Assembly: GCA_963693365.1 (NCBI GenBank)
Contig: CAVNZM010000002.1
Span: 4,480,259 to 4,544,258 of the forward strand
Length of the DNA stretch: 64,000 nucleotides
Reading direction: 5' to 3'
From: Amoebidium appalachense
Taxonomy: Eukaryota > Protista > Ichthyosporea
Shown here: positions 37,293-50,900 of the stretch, piece after piece
How the letters are laid out: every line of letters starts with the position of its first letter
Numbering within the stretch: the first letter of the stretch is position 1
Made by a program: the position numbers and the translations under genes
The notes under the pieces: model-generated
Told to the model about the DNA's origin: nothing
What the model saw: the letters and a program-made list of their open reading frames with translations, nothing else
Databases searched by the model: none

Positions 37293-40200
37293 ATGGCAGG
37301 GCAGAGCAAGCTGGAGGAGGCACTGCGCAAGGCCGAAAGCAGCAAGGCGCTGGAGTGCCACTACTATGGTATGTGTGTGCCGTGTCTTGTGTGTGTGTGT
37401 GTGTGTGTGTCCTGTCCACAGGCTAGGCCTGTCTCCTTAGACAGGGCTCTGCAACTTAGTTTGCTACATAGCGCCGTGTCCTAGTAGGGTTTTTTCTGAG
37501 CTTTTTTCATGGCCGTGCATGCAACCTCTCATGGAGGTGCCGAGAAAGGGCTCGACATACCTGTAGAGCTAGGAGTGTATGTTTGCTTTTGCTTCTCTGC
37601 CTCCTTTGCTTAGTTTTTTTAGTTGGTTCAGGAGTGCCCTAGCCTGGACGTTCTCGTCGACGTTCTAAGGCAGTGGTCGTCGCTTTTCTTTGCCTTACCA
37701 CATCAAAACGTAGTACAGGAAGGTACAAGTTTCTGGAAGCGCAATTCTATCCTTGTGCCTCCTTTTAATTGTGTTACTAGTCTTTGCCGAGCGACTAACG
37801 AAGATAGGGGAGGGCACACCCAAACACCTATATGTGCAGCAAGCTATGTGTCCACATATTAACACAACATCTACACCTGCACAGGCAACACACACACACA
37901 CACATCCAGAAACACATACACACACACAAACACACACACTTACACACTCACACACACGCACACGCACACGCACACACACAAGCTGAAACAAACTTTCACT
38001 TGTCATCCCTGTCGCACTCGTAAGTTACACGCCAACACCATGTCGAAGCTGTATAACCTGTCGACTACACACCTGCCATGTGTCAAGGGCTCTTTCGTTT
38101 AAATTCGCACACTTGGGCCTTTCCATACAGCCTTTCCATACATGCATAAAAACTACCATGCCTCTGTCTACTGGACTTAAGTTTTCCAGCACAAGAATGC
38201 CCCTGTGGCTGTGCGCACTCTCACCATATCACTGAATCTGAGTGAAAGGATGCCTGGTCAAGGGTGCTATACTCTTTCTGCTTTGTTCTTTGTACGTTTG
38301 CTTTGTTCTTTGTACGTTTGAGTGCACGAAAGAAAGGCTGTTACACCAAAAACCTTTGACGCTTCTTCCCACCCCCCCCCACCCCCCCCCCCACCCCCCA
38401 GCCCCGCCTCCTCCTCCTCCTGTTCCCCCTCCTCTGTCCACCCGACCTTGGCCTTTGCTGCTCTCTGTATCCGCACCTGCCCTCCAATGTCTGGTCAGAA
38501 CTCTCTTCGGCACATTCAGAGCCATAACTGTTTCTCTGTCTGGTGCTTTAGTCTGTGTCGTGTTATGCATAGGAAACCCCTGCTTGGGTAGTTATATTGC
38601 CCCGTGCTGGCTGCCTCTATTCTATCATTTGCATGTTCTCCACCCCACACGCCTTTAAGGCATGTTCCCTGTGGCATGGGCTTGGCTGTGTTTGTGAATC
38701 AGGCTGGCTCTACATCCTTGAAGCATACGCTTTGCGGAAAGCATGCACCTCTCCTGTATACCAGGGAGCAGCACGTGTTGGTTCCACCCAGCTGACGTTT
38801 GGTGCAGGGCTGACGGACCAGGAGCTGGAGGTGCTGCTGGGCGGCAGGGAGCACCAGCGGGTGTTGGGAGAGCTGCGGGCCATCCGGCTGCGCCACAACA
38901 GACTGACACGGCCGCCCCGGGAGGTCACCAGCGGCACCCTCAGGGCCGTCACTCGCCTGGTCCTGGCTGGCAACCAGATTGTTGATCTACCCCCAGACTT
39001 CTTTGCTACCTTTGTCGGTGTGTGGCTGCCCCCCTGCCTGCTCCATGTGTGTGCATGCGGACTGGCCTCGCCCGCTGCTTGCTGCTGGCTGGCATGGAAT
39101 GCATGCTTGATGGTGGAGGCACCGTGGGCTGACTGGCTGGGGGCATGGGTGGTAGGGCTTCTGGAGCTGGACCTGTCCAAGAATCTTCTGGCAGAGCTGC
39201 CGGCAGCCATCGGCACTCTGACCAAGCTGGAGGTGGGCAGGCCTCCCTGGTGGCACGAGGGCGGTTGCGGCTGGCTGACTGGGCTGTGCAGGTGCTCAAT
39301 GTGGAGCGCAACAAGCTTAGCATGCTGCCCGACGAGCTCGGTTCCTTGGTGACCCTGCGCAGCCTTAACATCAGAGAGAACCCCATTGACACCCTGCCCA
39401 CGGCCCTGGCCCTTCTGGGTAGGGCCTTTGCACATGGTTTTTATGCCTGGGGCATGGGGGCACTGTGCTGATGGGGGCATGTGCAGGGGCACTGGAGCAG
39501 GTGCAGCTGGGCCCCACTAGGCTGAAGGACATGCGGCTGGCCGAGGCATACAGGGACCACGGCTGGAAGAGGCTAAGGGACATCATGGCTGCTGGTGCAG
39601 GTAGGCGTCTGTCTGGGTGGTTGTGGTTCCATTGAGCCTTGGATGGGGGCTGATGGCAGGCCACACAGCAGCCACGCCATTCAATGGAGCAGCCAGCCAC
39701 ACACCGATTAAGCAGGTGAGTGGCTCATGGGCAGGCTGGCACGCAGCAGGGAGACACGTGTGCTGACGGGTGTGTGCAGGACACAGCCAGTGCAACGGTG
39801 GGGCCAGGAGCAACGGTGGGGCCAGCAGCAGCAATTGCAGGTGGGTGGGCCCTGGGCCTGGCATAGGGTGTGGTGCAGGGCAGACAATTGATGTGCTGCT
39901 GGCAGGGATCAACACCGCGGCACTGGAGACAGCCCTCCAGGACATGGCCGGTAGGTGCACTACTTATTGCAGGCAGGGGAAAGGGGAAGGGGAGGAGTGG
40001 CGAAGGGAAGAGAGGATGAGAGAGGCTGAGAGAATGGCTGCAGGGGCGCTGCGGACACTTGTGGAGGAAGTGCAGCAGCAGCGGGCAGGGCAGAAGGAGC
40101 TTGTGGAGGCGGTGCTCAAGCTGCAGGATGGGCAGCAGCAGCAGGGTGCACAGCTGGGCAGCCTGGTGACGCTGGGCCAGCAGCAGCTGGGCCAGGCCGG

Positions 40201-41024
40201 GCAGGCGGCCAGCATGCTGGGCCAGCTGCTGCAGCTGGCCGGGGACACGGCCAGTGAGTTCCGGGACGGCAGCCCGTTCAGGCAGGCCCTGCACGAGACC
40301 CACCAGCTGCAGCGCCACATGGCCGCCATCTTCCAGGTCCTGGCCAGCCGCTCACAGCCCCACCACCAGCCACCCGGCCCCGTTGGCCCAAGGCCCCCCA
40401 TGCAGCCGGGCTTTGTGCCTCCCATGGCCCCACCAGCACAAGGTGGTCTAGGTCTGTGCCCCCCTCCCCCCCCCCCCCCCTGCACCCCCTGCACCCCTCT
40501 CCACCCTCGGCTTCTCTATCATCCCTGGCATACCCCGTTGATGGCTGGACTCTGACATGCAGCCCTGCAGGCCCACGGCCCCAAGGTCCCCCCGCTGCTG
40601 GAGGGTCTCCCGTGCACATGGTAGGTGCACCCACTCGGTGCAGTGCCTTGGTTGCTGCAGCCACTGCATGCCTCGTAGCCTGGGTGCTGCATGGTCTCGA
40701 CTGTGCATGCCCAATTGGCTAGTGCAATAGGGTGCCCTTCTTGCTGGCCTTCATGGGTTTCTTGTGCCTGCATGGGCATCACATGCACCATGTAAAGCTC
40801 CGCACCATCTGCCTGTGTGCAATGCTTGCCTCTTGGGACAGGAGTTGACACTTGGCGGCAGAATGTGCCCCAGGTGCAGCGGCCGCCACCTACCTCCCCA
40901 CCGCCATTGAACCCACGACTATTTGAGGCTCTCAGCAAGAAGCCTGTAGCATCGGACGAGTCGGATACTGGCAGCGAGGTGGGTGGCCTGAAGGGGGCGA
41001 GGGATGGTCAGGGAGAATAAGGGG

Positions 41025-41057
<33 letters not shown>

Positions 41058-41183
41058 CGGTTGGAAAGGAGAGGATGGTATGGCATTTGGGATAAGAAAA
41101 GGGGGGGAGGGGAGGGGTTGCTGGTTTTGACGGTTTGTGGATGGGGCCCGGGGGGGAGGAGGGGGGGTCGGTGCTGGGTTGAA

Positions 41184-41216
<33 letters not shown>

Positions 41217-44200
41217 GGGGTGTGTGTATGGGGGGGGGGGGAGGGGGGTGGTGCTGATAGGGTGGCGGGCAGGATGACGAGATGGAGGAGCACGAGCCGG
41301 AGGGGGAGTTTGAGCCGATCGTGCGGCTGGCGGCAGTGGAGGTCAAGACGATGGAGGAGGACGAGGACACGCTGTTTGCGGCGCGGGCCAAGCTGTACCG
41401 GTTTGCCGAGGGCAACGAGTGGAAGGAGCGGGGCACGGGGGACATGAAGGTGCTGAAGCACCGGGTCACGGGCAAGGTGCGCATCCTCATGCGCCGCGAG
41501 AAGACCCTCAAGATCTGCGCCAACCACGTGGTCACCGCCGCCCTGCAGCTGCAGCCCTTCAAGCCGAACCCCACCATGGCCATCACCTGGGTCACCCCCG
41601 CCGACTTCTCCGAGGAGGAGGCCCGCCCCGAGAAGTTCTGTGCCCGCTTCCGCGACCCCGAGACCCTAGATAAGTTCAAGAAAGCCGTCGAGGAGGCCGC
41701 CGCCGCCGCCGCAAACGCCCCCAGCAGCAGCGCCCCCACCCAGCCGGCCCCGCCCAAGGACGGCAAGGGCCTGGCCGAGCTGTTTGCCCAGGCCCCCGGC
41801 CAGTGGAAGTGCCCGGCCTGCCTGGTCGCCAACAAGAAGGACGACGACCGCTGCCCGGCCTGCCAGACCCCCCGCCCCGGTGCAGACCCCAAGCCCGCCC
41901 AACCGCCATCCCTGGCGAACCCGGCAGTACCGGCCGCCCCTGCCGACGGGGCACCCAAGTACACGTCTGGGGTCAGCCCGTTTGGCGCCGGCAGCAGCAC
42001 GTCGGCGTTTGGCGGGGCCACAGCGGCAGCGCCAAGCACGCCGGCCAGCAGCAGCGGTGGGCTGTTTTGGGCGGCGGCAGCCGGCAAGCCGCTGTTTGGG
42101 GGCACAGGCACGATATCGTTTGGCGCCGTCCCTGCCTCCGGGTTTGGCGGGGCACCAAAGACCGACACCACCCCGGCTCCTCTGTTTGGCAGCACCAAGG
42201 CACAGGCCAAGCAGGCAAACAAGGAGGACGATGACGAGGAGGCCGAGGAGGTTGGTGCAAGTGCTTGTTGCCATGGGTGTCCGCTAGAGTAGGGGCAGCC
42301 CTGGTGGTGTTTTGTGTAGGCCCAGGCCCCGTTAAAGAGACAACACGAGACCACGGGTTGATAGCACGAAGCCGTTTGAGCTGTTTGGAATAACTAAATG
42401 ATATTTCCATCTGCGGTCCAAACCAGTTAATATCTCATGCTAACCCTGCCAGCTGTTTGTTTCCAAGCACACAAATGGCCCTGGCCTTCTCGGGGCTGGG
42501 GATCAGCCGATGATTAGGGATTTGTTCAAGCGATTCGACATATGAGGGTGTGATGTGTGGCATGGGATGTTTTCAGCAAGCAGGGACCACGTGGTATGTA
42601 AGGGTGGCACTGCATCTGGCCGGCTTCATACGTTGCATGGTGGGAACCGCCGGGGCGAGGCTTTTTTTCGGCGAATGTGCTCTTGCGGGTGTGGCCTAGT
42701 CAAAGCAAGCACCGTGTCGACTATGGTGGCGGCTGGGCCGGCTGGGGTTATGATGCAAACATAGTTGCGCGTCTTCTGCACACTCACTACAGGGTCGGGG
42801 ACCGCCATATGCGAACAGAAGGGTGATCACCATTTATATGGTTTGGGGACTTTGCATCACATGGCTCTCTGGTTCTTGACAACGGGGAGATGGTATAATG
42901 CCACGAATGAGCAAAAACGGAGGCTAGTACAGCAACACCCCTGGGGACATGATGTGATGGGAAGGCTGAACAAGCACACCTATGGGACAGGTGTGGCCGA
43001 AGCCTCACTTTTTGCTGCGGGCCTTAGAGGGTGCTTGGACGGACATGCCTGAGATGTGCTTGGAATCCGCATGTTTACGTCGATCTGGCACTTTTTTTTG
43101 GGATTTTGATAGAATGGCTGCAGGACCCAAGGCCGGGGCCTGGAAAACACATGGACATGTTCACATGTGAACACCTAATGATTAGTGTGGTTGCATGGGG
43201 CAGTTTATTTGCATCTCGTTATGGCAACGATGGTCCAATCATCCTATGTCCCTCACCATGTGCTCTGCCCTGTCCGCCCTGCATCGTTGGTCCGATTCAG
43301 GTGTCGGCTGACGCCGTTGCCATACCAGAAAAGAATGACATACAGCACATTTTTCTGTGTCGCCCGGAAACATGATTTCTGGTGCGAAGCATGTTCATAC
43401 GCTGCCAAATCACGCAATCACCGCCCAGCAAACAATCCCTAGCTATACCAAAGGTCCGCCAACTTTAGAAAGTTGCTGGCAGGTTGGGTACGCAGTTTAG
43501 AGCGACGGAACCTGGAATTTCCAGACGCACCTTGTGGTCATATGGGGGTGATTCCGCTGCTGGGACCCAATGCTGACTCTGGACAGTCTGCATGCTACAC
43601 CCTCGGTATCTGCAGCCTGTTCCCATATAAACGATTGGACATATATCATGGCGGTCTAAGTCCAAACCAGAGAGGCATCGCTCTGCATCAGGGTCCCTAA
43701 ATCATGCCTGGTGTGGCACCTGGGCCTCCTCCTGTCAAGCCCGTGATTTAGCCTGTAGCTAACACGTGTACCTGTGCAGGACGATGACGAAGAAAATCCG
43801 GAGGAGCACGAGCCGGAGGGGGAGTTTGAGCCGATCGTGCGGCTGGCGGCGGTGGAGGTCAAGACGATGGAGGAGGACGAGGACACGCTGTTTGCGGCGC
43901 GGGCCAAGCTGTACCGGTTTGCCGAGGGCAACGAGTGGAAGGAGCGGGGCACGGGGGACATGAAGGTGCTCAAGCACCGGGTCACGGGCAAGGTGCGCAT
44001 CCTCATGCGCCGCGAGAAGACCCTCAAGATCTGCGCCAACCACGTGGTCACCGCCGCCCTGCAGCTGCAGCCCTTCAAGCCGAACCCCACCATGGCCATC
44101 ACCTGGGTCACCCCCGCCGACTTCTCCGAGGAGGAGGCCCGCCCCGAGAAGTTCTGTGCCCGCTTCCGCGACCCCGAGACCCTGGACAAGTTCAAGAAAG

Positions 44201-45952
44201 TCGTCGAGGAGGCGGCGGCCGCCGCCGCAAACGCCCCCAGCAGCAGCGCCCCCGCCCAGCCGGCCCCGCCCAAGGACGGCAAGGGCCTGGCCGAGCTGTT
44301 TGCCCAGGCCCCCGGCCAGTGGAAGTGCCCGGCCTGCCTGGTGGCCAACAAGAAGGACGACGACCGCTGCCCGGCCTGCCAGACCCCCCGCCCCGGTGCA
44401 GAAACCAAGCCCGCCCAACCGCCATCCCTGGCGAACCCGGCAGCACCGGCTGCCCCTGCCGATGGGGCACCCAAGTACACGTTTGGCGTCAGCCCGTTTG
44501 GCGCCAGCAGCAGCACGTTGGCGTTTGGCGGGGCCACAGCGGCAGCGCCAAGCACGCCGGCCAGCAGCAGCGGTGGGCTATTTGGGGCGGCGTCAGCCGG
44601 CAAGCCGCTGTTTGGGGGCACAGGCACGGCATCGTTTGGCGCTGTCCCTGCCTCCGGGTTTGGCGGCGCACCAAAGACCGACGCCACACCGGCCCCTCTG
44701 TTTGGTGGGGCGGCAGCCGGCGGCACGTCATTTGCCGGGATCCCGGCATCTGGGTTTGGGGGCAAGAAGACTGATGGGCCGGCCACGCCTGCACCACTGT
44801 TTGGGGCCGGCAAGGGGCAGGCAGAAAAGAAGGAAGCAGAGGACGACGATGACGAGGAGGAAAGCGACGGCGACGACCAGGTGAGTGCCCACGTGCATTT
44901 GGGGGGGGGAGTGGGGGGGGGTGGGGGGGGTTCTGTGTGGCAGCCTGTTGGTCTGATTTGGTGCACTGCGCGGCGACCGCATACACGTTGGCTGAATTGT
45001 TTCTTGCTCAGTGACCCACGGGGTCGTTGTGTTTGCCTGTGTTGTTGGTATGGATGTGACGTGGATGTGGGCTTGTCGGTTAATGGTGTGCATGGGTGCT
45101 TACACGGTTTTGTTTGTGCTCCCAATGCTGTGTGCTCGAGACACGGTGACCAATTTATGTGTGAGGGCAGTGTTCTTAAAGTGTTTGTTGGTGTGTGCTC
45201 GCATGTACATTTGTGTGTGTGCATGTGTGCTCGTTTTTTTTTTTTTTGCAGAATCCATAATAAAAGCATGGCCGTTCCATAGCCTCGCCAATGGGAAAAG
45301 GGTGGTGGGTGCCTTGTGTGTCTGTGTGTGGTGATCACCACGCACGCCTCCTTCTTCTGTGTGTTGGCTGCAATAGCTTTGTGTTTGATGGGCGCAGATC
45401 CGCTGCACGGATATGGCTGGATGGTTGCTTGCTTGACTCTTATCCCATGAATGGTCGGTTTCCATGGTTCAAGCTCTGTACCCGGTGCATGCCTTGTGTG
45501 GTTGATTCTGCACTGGATGTTTTGTGTTTTTTCGTCTTTTGTTGACGGTGTTCCATTCTCTTCTCATTCTCAAACTGTGTGTCAGTCCAGTCCTTGTTGT
45601 CATGCACGCCCTACCTGCTAGCCTTGGGTGCCAGAGGTGGGAGTGGCTTCTGGTGTTTTCTAGCAGCCTCTGCTATTTTAAGATTGTATTTGATGTGTAT
45701 ATGTGCTCCTGGGTTGCCACATGTGTACTTCGAGGTAAGTGGGGGGGGAGGGGGGTGGGGGGGGGGGGGGGGGGGGAAGGGGTGCATATGTGTGCATGTA
45801 GGTATGCATTTGAACTTGCGTGTGTGCGCGCCGGCCTGTGTCTGTGCACTTGATTGTGTGTGCGAATGTGTGCATGTGTGTTTCTGTGTGCGTATGTGCA
45901 AATGTGCTGGCCCTGTATATCTGTGTATGTGTGCATGGACGTTTGCGCCAAT

Positions 45953-46025
<73 letters not shown>

Positions 46026-47864
46026 ATGCCTGCTGTTGTGTCTGCATGAGTGTGCATGTCTGTGTGTGTGCATAAGTTCCTGTATGTGCCTGTTTGTTTC
46101 TGTGTGTGTGTGTGGGCGCTTGTTTTGACTGGGTCATGGGATTAGCCACAAGTGTGTTTGTTTGGTGTGACAGGGACCTGGGGGGGGGGGGGGGGGTATA
46201 GGGTCTGCATGACTTGCGAAGGATGTGTGCACCCCACTGGGCTGAGCGGGTATGCCGCATGGAGCATGGCAGTGCTGCAATGGTGCCTCCTTGCATGGGG
46301 GCATGTGGTGCATCATGATTGCCTGGTGTTGCCTGTGCATGCCGTAACGTGTGTGTTTCCTTACCCCCGTGCATTTTTCTGCAGAGGTTGTGCCCTTGCC
46401 ATGTCATGATGTGACATAGCAGGATGTCGTTGCAATCAGTTTGCCATGGTTCTGTGGCCTTGATGGTAGCTCGGTACACCCGCGTGGGTAACCTTGGATA
46501 TGCTGCTGGCACATTCTGCAATGCAACATGACATGGGCATGCTTTGGAAGAGCAGACCATGCTTTGCAGTGCTGTTTGATAGGCCATACACTATATGCAC
46601 ATGCTCGTGGCCGTGGCACTTGCAGAGTCTATCCACCAGGTGTCCCTGTTCGGTGTCAGTTATGTGCTGTGTTCCTGTACCACAATGCATGTACAAGCAA
46701 TAGGGCACGCTCAGGACCATTGCCCCAAGCTGATGTGCGGTCCCCTGTGCAGGTTGAGGAGCACGAGCCCGAGGCTGAGTTTGAGCCGATCGTGCGGCTG
46801 GCGGCGGTGGAGGTCAAGACGATGGAGGAGGATGAGGACACGCTGTTTGTAGCGCGGGCCAAGCTGTACCGATTTGCCGAGGGCAAGGAGTGGAAGGAGC
46901 GGGGCACGGGGGACATGAAGGTGCTCAAGCACCGGGTCACGGGCAAGGTGCGCATCCTCATGCGCCGCGAGAAGACCCTCAAGATCTGCGCCAACCACGT
47001 GGTCACCGCCGCCCTGCAGCTGCAGCCCTTCAAGCCGAACCCCACCATGGCCATCACCTGGGTCACCCCTGCCGACTTCTCCGAGGAGGAGGCCCGCCCC
47101 GAGAAGTTCTGTGCCCGCTTCCGCGACCCTGAGACCCTGGACAAGTTCAAGAAAGCCGTCGAGGAGGCTGCCGCCGCCGCCTCAAACGGCCCCAGCAGCA
47201 GCGGCCCAGCCCATTCGGCGCCGCCCAAGGACGGCAAGGGCCTTGCCGAGCTGTTTGCCCAGGCCCCCGGCCAGTGGAAGTGCCCGGCCTGCCTGGTGGC
47301 CAACAAGAAGGACGACGACCGCTGCCCGGCCTGCCAGACCCCCCGCCCCGGCGCAGACCCCAAGCCCGCTCAACCGCCATCCCTGGCGAACCCGGCAGTA
47401 CCGGCCGCCCCCGCCGATGGGGCACCGAAGTACACGTTTGGGGCACCTGCCGGAAACACCGAGGCTAAGCCAGCGGCTGCTGCATTCCCCACTCTGTTTG
47501 GGGCAGGGACTGGTGGTGCAGGCAGCAGTGGTGCACAGGCACCCAAACCCCTGTTTGGCGCCGCAAGCACATCCTCTGCTCAAACCACAGAGACCAAGGG
47601 GGAGGACAAGGGCCAGGGGGAGAAGAAGGGTGTGTTTAGCAGCTTCTCGTTTGGGGCCCCAGCCATGGGGGCAGTGTCTTTTGCCTCCTTTGCAGCCCCG
47701 CCTGCTGCCCCGGCATCTACCCCTGCACCCGCCCCACCAGCAGCCCCGGCACCCACAGCAACCGCCAGCAAGGGCAAAGACGAGGACGAGGACGACAACA
47801 ACGAGGAGGTGGGTTCACGTGTACAGCTAATATTAGTTTATGTTTTTTCTTTTTTTTGGAGGCA

Positions 47865-47903
<39 letters not shown>

Positions 47904-50900
47904 GGGGGAGGGAGGGAGGGGGAGGGCATATGGAGTGGCGTTGCAATTTTGTCGTTGGTAGGGGCTTGAAAGCTGCTTATGGTGGTCACTGGCACCGGTG
48001 TTTTCGTTTTTGGCCTCTAGCGGTGCCACATAGCATATGACCCTCAAGACTGGCGGCAGGGATGTTAGAACAGCCTGTGTTGGCAGTCATGAAGATGCAG
48101 ATAGCCCCGATGCCGGCATTTGTACTGGGCCCTAAGGCCTTTCTGGGTAGCATGATGGCTTGGAGACCTGGGACGGAACCATATCAGGCAATAACAGGCA
48201 ATAGCCACGGTGGAATTGGATGGTAGACACCTCATCTCTCCATCTTTGCCGTTCATAGACAGGCCAGGCATGGGAGTGCTTGCACGGGCAGGTGGCCTCA
48301 TAAAAATAGGATACTTAATGGCATGTCGGGCCAGCTGTAGGCAATATACCGACCAAGCAAACACTCAGCCTTGCACCGGGCATGTGCAATGTGTTCTCCC
48401 TGGCAAACCCAACAGAACAAAAGTTGCTGGCCATGGTGATGGGTACCCACGTGCAATATATACCTCAGGTTGGCTGATATTGGACATATTGCTTTGCGGA
48501 ACCCCCTACAGCCATATTGTATCTCCGGAATCCAAAAGCTGGTTCTTCCAAATCATGACCTTGCTTTGGCGTCAGCGCGCAATCACAGAGACTTCCATGT
48601 GTCCATCTGTTTAATGCTAACGCTCACTGAATTCTGCAACTGCCCGGCTGATCTGGCAGTGATAAGATTGTGTTTTAAAACGTAACCAATCAAAATTTTG
48701 GAAGATATCACTTTCATCCATGGAAATGTATTGTTATCTGAACGCTTTTTAAACAGTACCGTCACTAAGTTCTGGATATCAATAAATCTATTTAATGTGA
48801 GTCAGGTAAATAAATACTGTGCATTAAAATATTTGGAGATGGAGCTGTACTGTACTTTCGTTGTATATGCATAACGTTGATTGGCTAATGCCGAATTTTT
48901 GCATTACCATTACTTGAGCTGGCACCGGTCCCCGCCCACTAACTAATAGAAAAACATGCCTGTAATGTTTCAAGGACGCTAAAATATTATTAAAAAAACG
49001 GGAGTGAATTTAAAGCCTACTGTGGATTGCTTCAACGAAGTTGTGCTGTTTTTCTCAGGTGGTTAGTGTTTGGAGCTCCCATTCTAGCGAAAACCAGAGT
49101 TGCACGAGGATCCTTGATACACATGAGTTGCATGCCGTCAGGCCCACACAAGCTGGTTCGCCCTAACGGCAGGAGGGCTTTAATCTGCCTCACGGAAATG
49201 CAAGCCAACCTGTGCCAGCATACTGACGAGTTGGGTCACAGAGCGATGACGAAGAAAACCCGGAGGAGCACGAGCCCGAGGGGGAGTTTGAGCCGATCGT
49301 GCAGCTGGCGGCGGTGGAGGTCAAGACGATGGAGGAGGACGAGGACACGCTGTTTGCGGCGCGGGCCAAGCTGTACCGGTTTGCCGAGGGCAACGAGTGG
49401 AAGGAGCGGGGCACGGGGGACATGAAGGTGCTCAAGCACCGGGTCACGGGCAAGGTGCGCATCCTCATGCGCCGCGAGAAGACCCTCAAGATCTGCGCCA
49501 ACCACGTGGTCACCGCCGCCCTGCAGCTGCAGCTCTTCAAGCCGAACCCCACCATGGCCATCACCTGGGTCACCCCCGCCGACTTCTCCGAGGAGGAGGC
49601 CCGCCCCGAGAAGTTCTGTGCCCGCTTCCGCGACCCCCAGACCCTAGACAAGTTCAAGAAAGTCGTCGAGGAGGCCGCCGCCGCTGCCTCAAACGGCCCC
49701 AGCAGCAGCGGCCCAGCCCAGCCGGCGCCGCCCAAGGACGGCAAGGGCCTGGCCGAGCTGTTTGCCCAGGCCCCCGGCCAGTGGAAGTGCCCGGCCTGCC
49801 TGGTGGCCAACAAGAAGGACGACGACCGCTGCCCGGCCTGCCAGACCCCCCGCCCCGGTGCAGACCCCAAGCCCGCCCAACCCCCATCCCTGGCAAACCC
49901 GGCAGTACCGGCTGCGCCCGCGGACGGGGCACCCAAGTACACGTTTGGGGTCAGCCCGTTTGGCGCCGGCAGCAGCACGTCGGCGTTTGGTGGGGCCACA
50001 GCGGCAGCGCCAAGCACGCCGGCCAGCAGCAGCGGTGGGCTGTTTGGGGCGGCGGCAGCCGGCAAGCCGCTGTTTGGGGGCACAGGCACGGCATCGTTTG
50101 GCGCCGTCCCTGCCTCCGGGTTTGGCGGGGCACCAAAGACTGACACCACCCCGGCCCCTCTGTTCGGCGGGGCGGCAGCCAGCGGCACGTCGTTTGCCGG
50201 GATCCCGGCATCTGGTTTTGGGGGCAAGAAGACTGATGGGCCGGCCACGCCTGCACCACTGTTTGGGGCCGGCAAGGGGCAGGCAGCAAAGAAGGAGGCA
50301 GAGGACGACGATGACGAGGAGGAAAGCGACGGCGACGACCAGGTGGGTGCCCACGGGCATTGGGGGGGGGGGGTTTGGGGGGGGGGGGGGGGGGGGGAAG
50401 ATGTTGGGTATCAGGGCAGAGGATGCTGTGAGTTTTGTTGGCATGTGCGGGTGGGGTGGGGTGGCCGTGTGTATGCGGCGATTGGGCTGTCAGCGTGGGT
50501 AGGCGGTTTTGCATTAGTGGCCGGCACTGGGATGGGTTTGTCTTGGCCACCAGCGTGCACGCATGGGCTGTAGCATGCTTGCCTGGTGGCTGGATGTGCC
50601 AAGTTGAGCACCAGCCTGGGTGTGGTGTACAGAGCGCAGCAGCAGTCTGGCCGTGCTTGTGTTTGGTCCCACACTATAGGCCCTAAGTTCAGCAGCAGTT
50701 TAGGCTAATCTTGCCAGCAATAATGAGCCCGTTATGCTTACCGGCATGCATCATATGATTGGCTGATGTGTGTAGACACATTTGATCAAGGGAGGAATCA
50801 ATTGATCATTGACCATACCACTCGTGACCACCTTGGCAGACCTATCTTTTCGGAGAGAGGTAATTTGCCTAGACTTGCATCCACGACAGTGGTTCTTGCA

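Noticed and set aside
38808-39600. LRR region as a RanGAP fused to RanBDs
   Set aside because: The repeats follow the LPxxIGxLxxLxxLxLxxN pattern rather than the longer ribonuclease-inhibitor-like LRRs of RanGAP, and no RanGAP motif was recognised.
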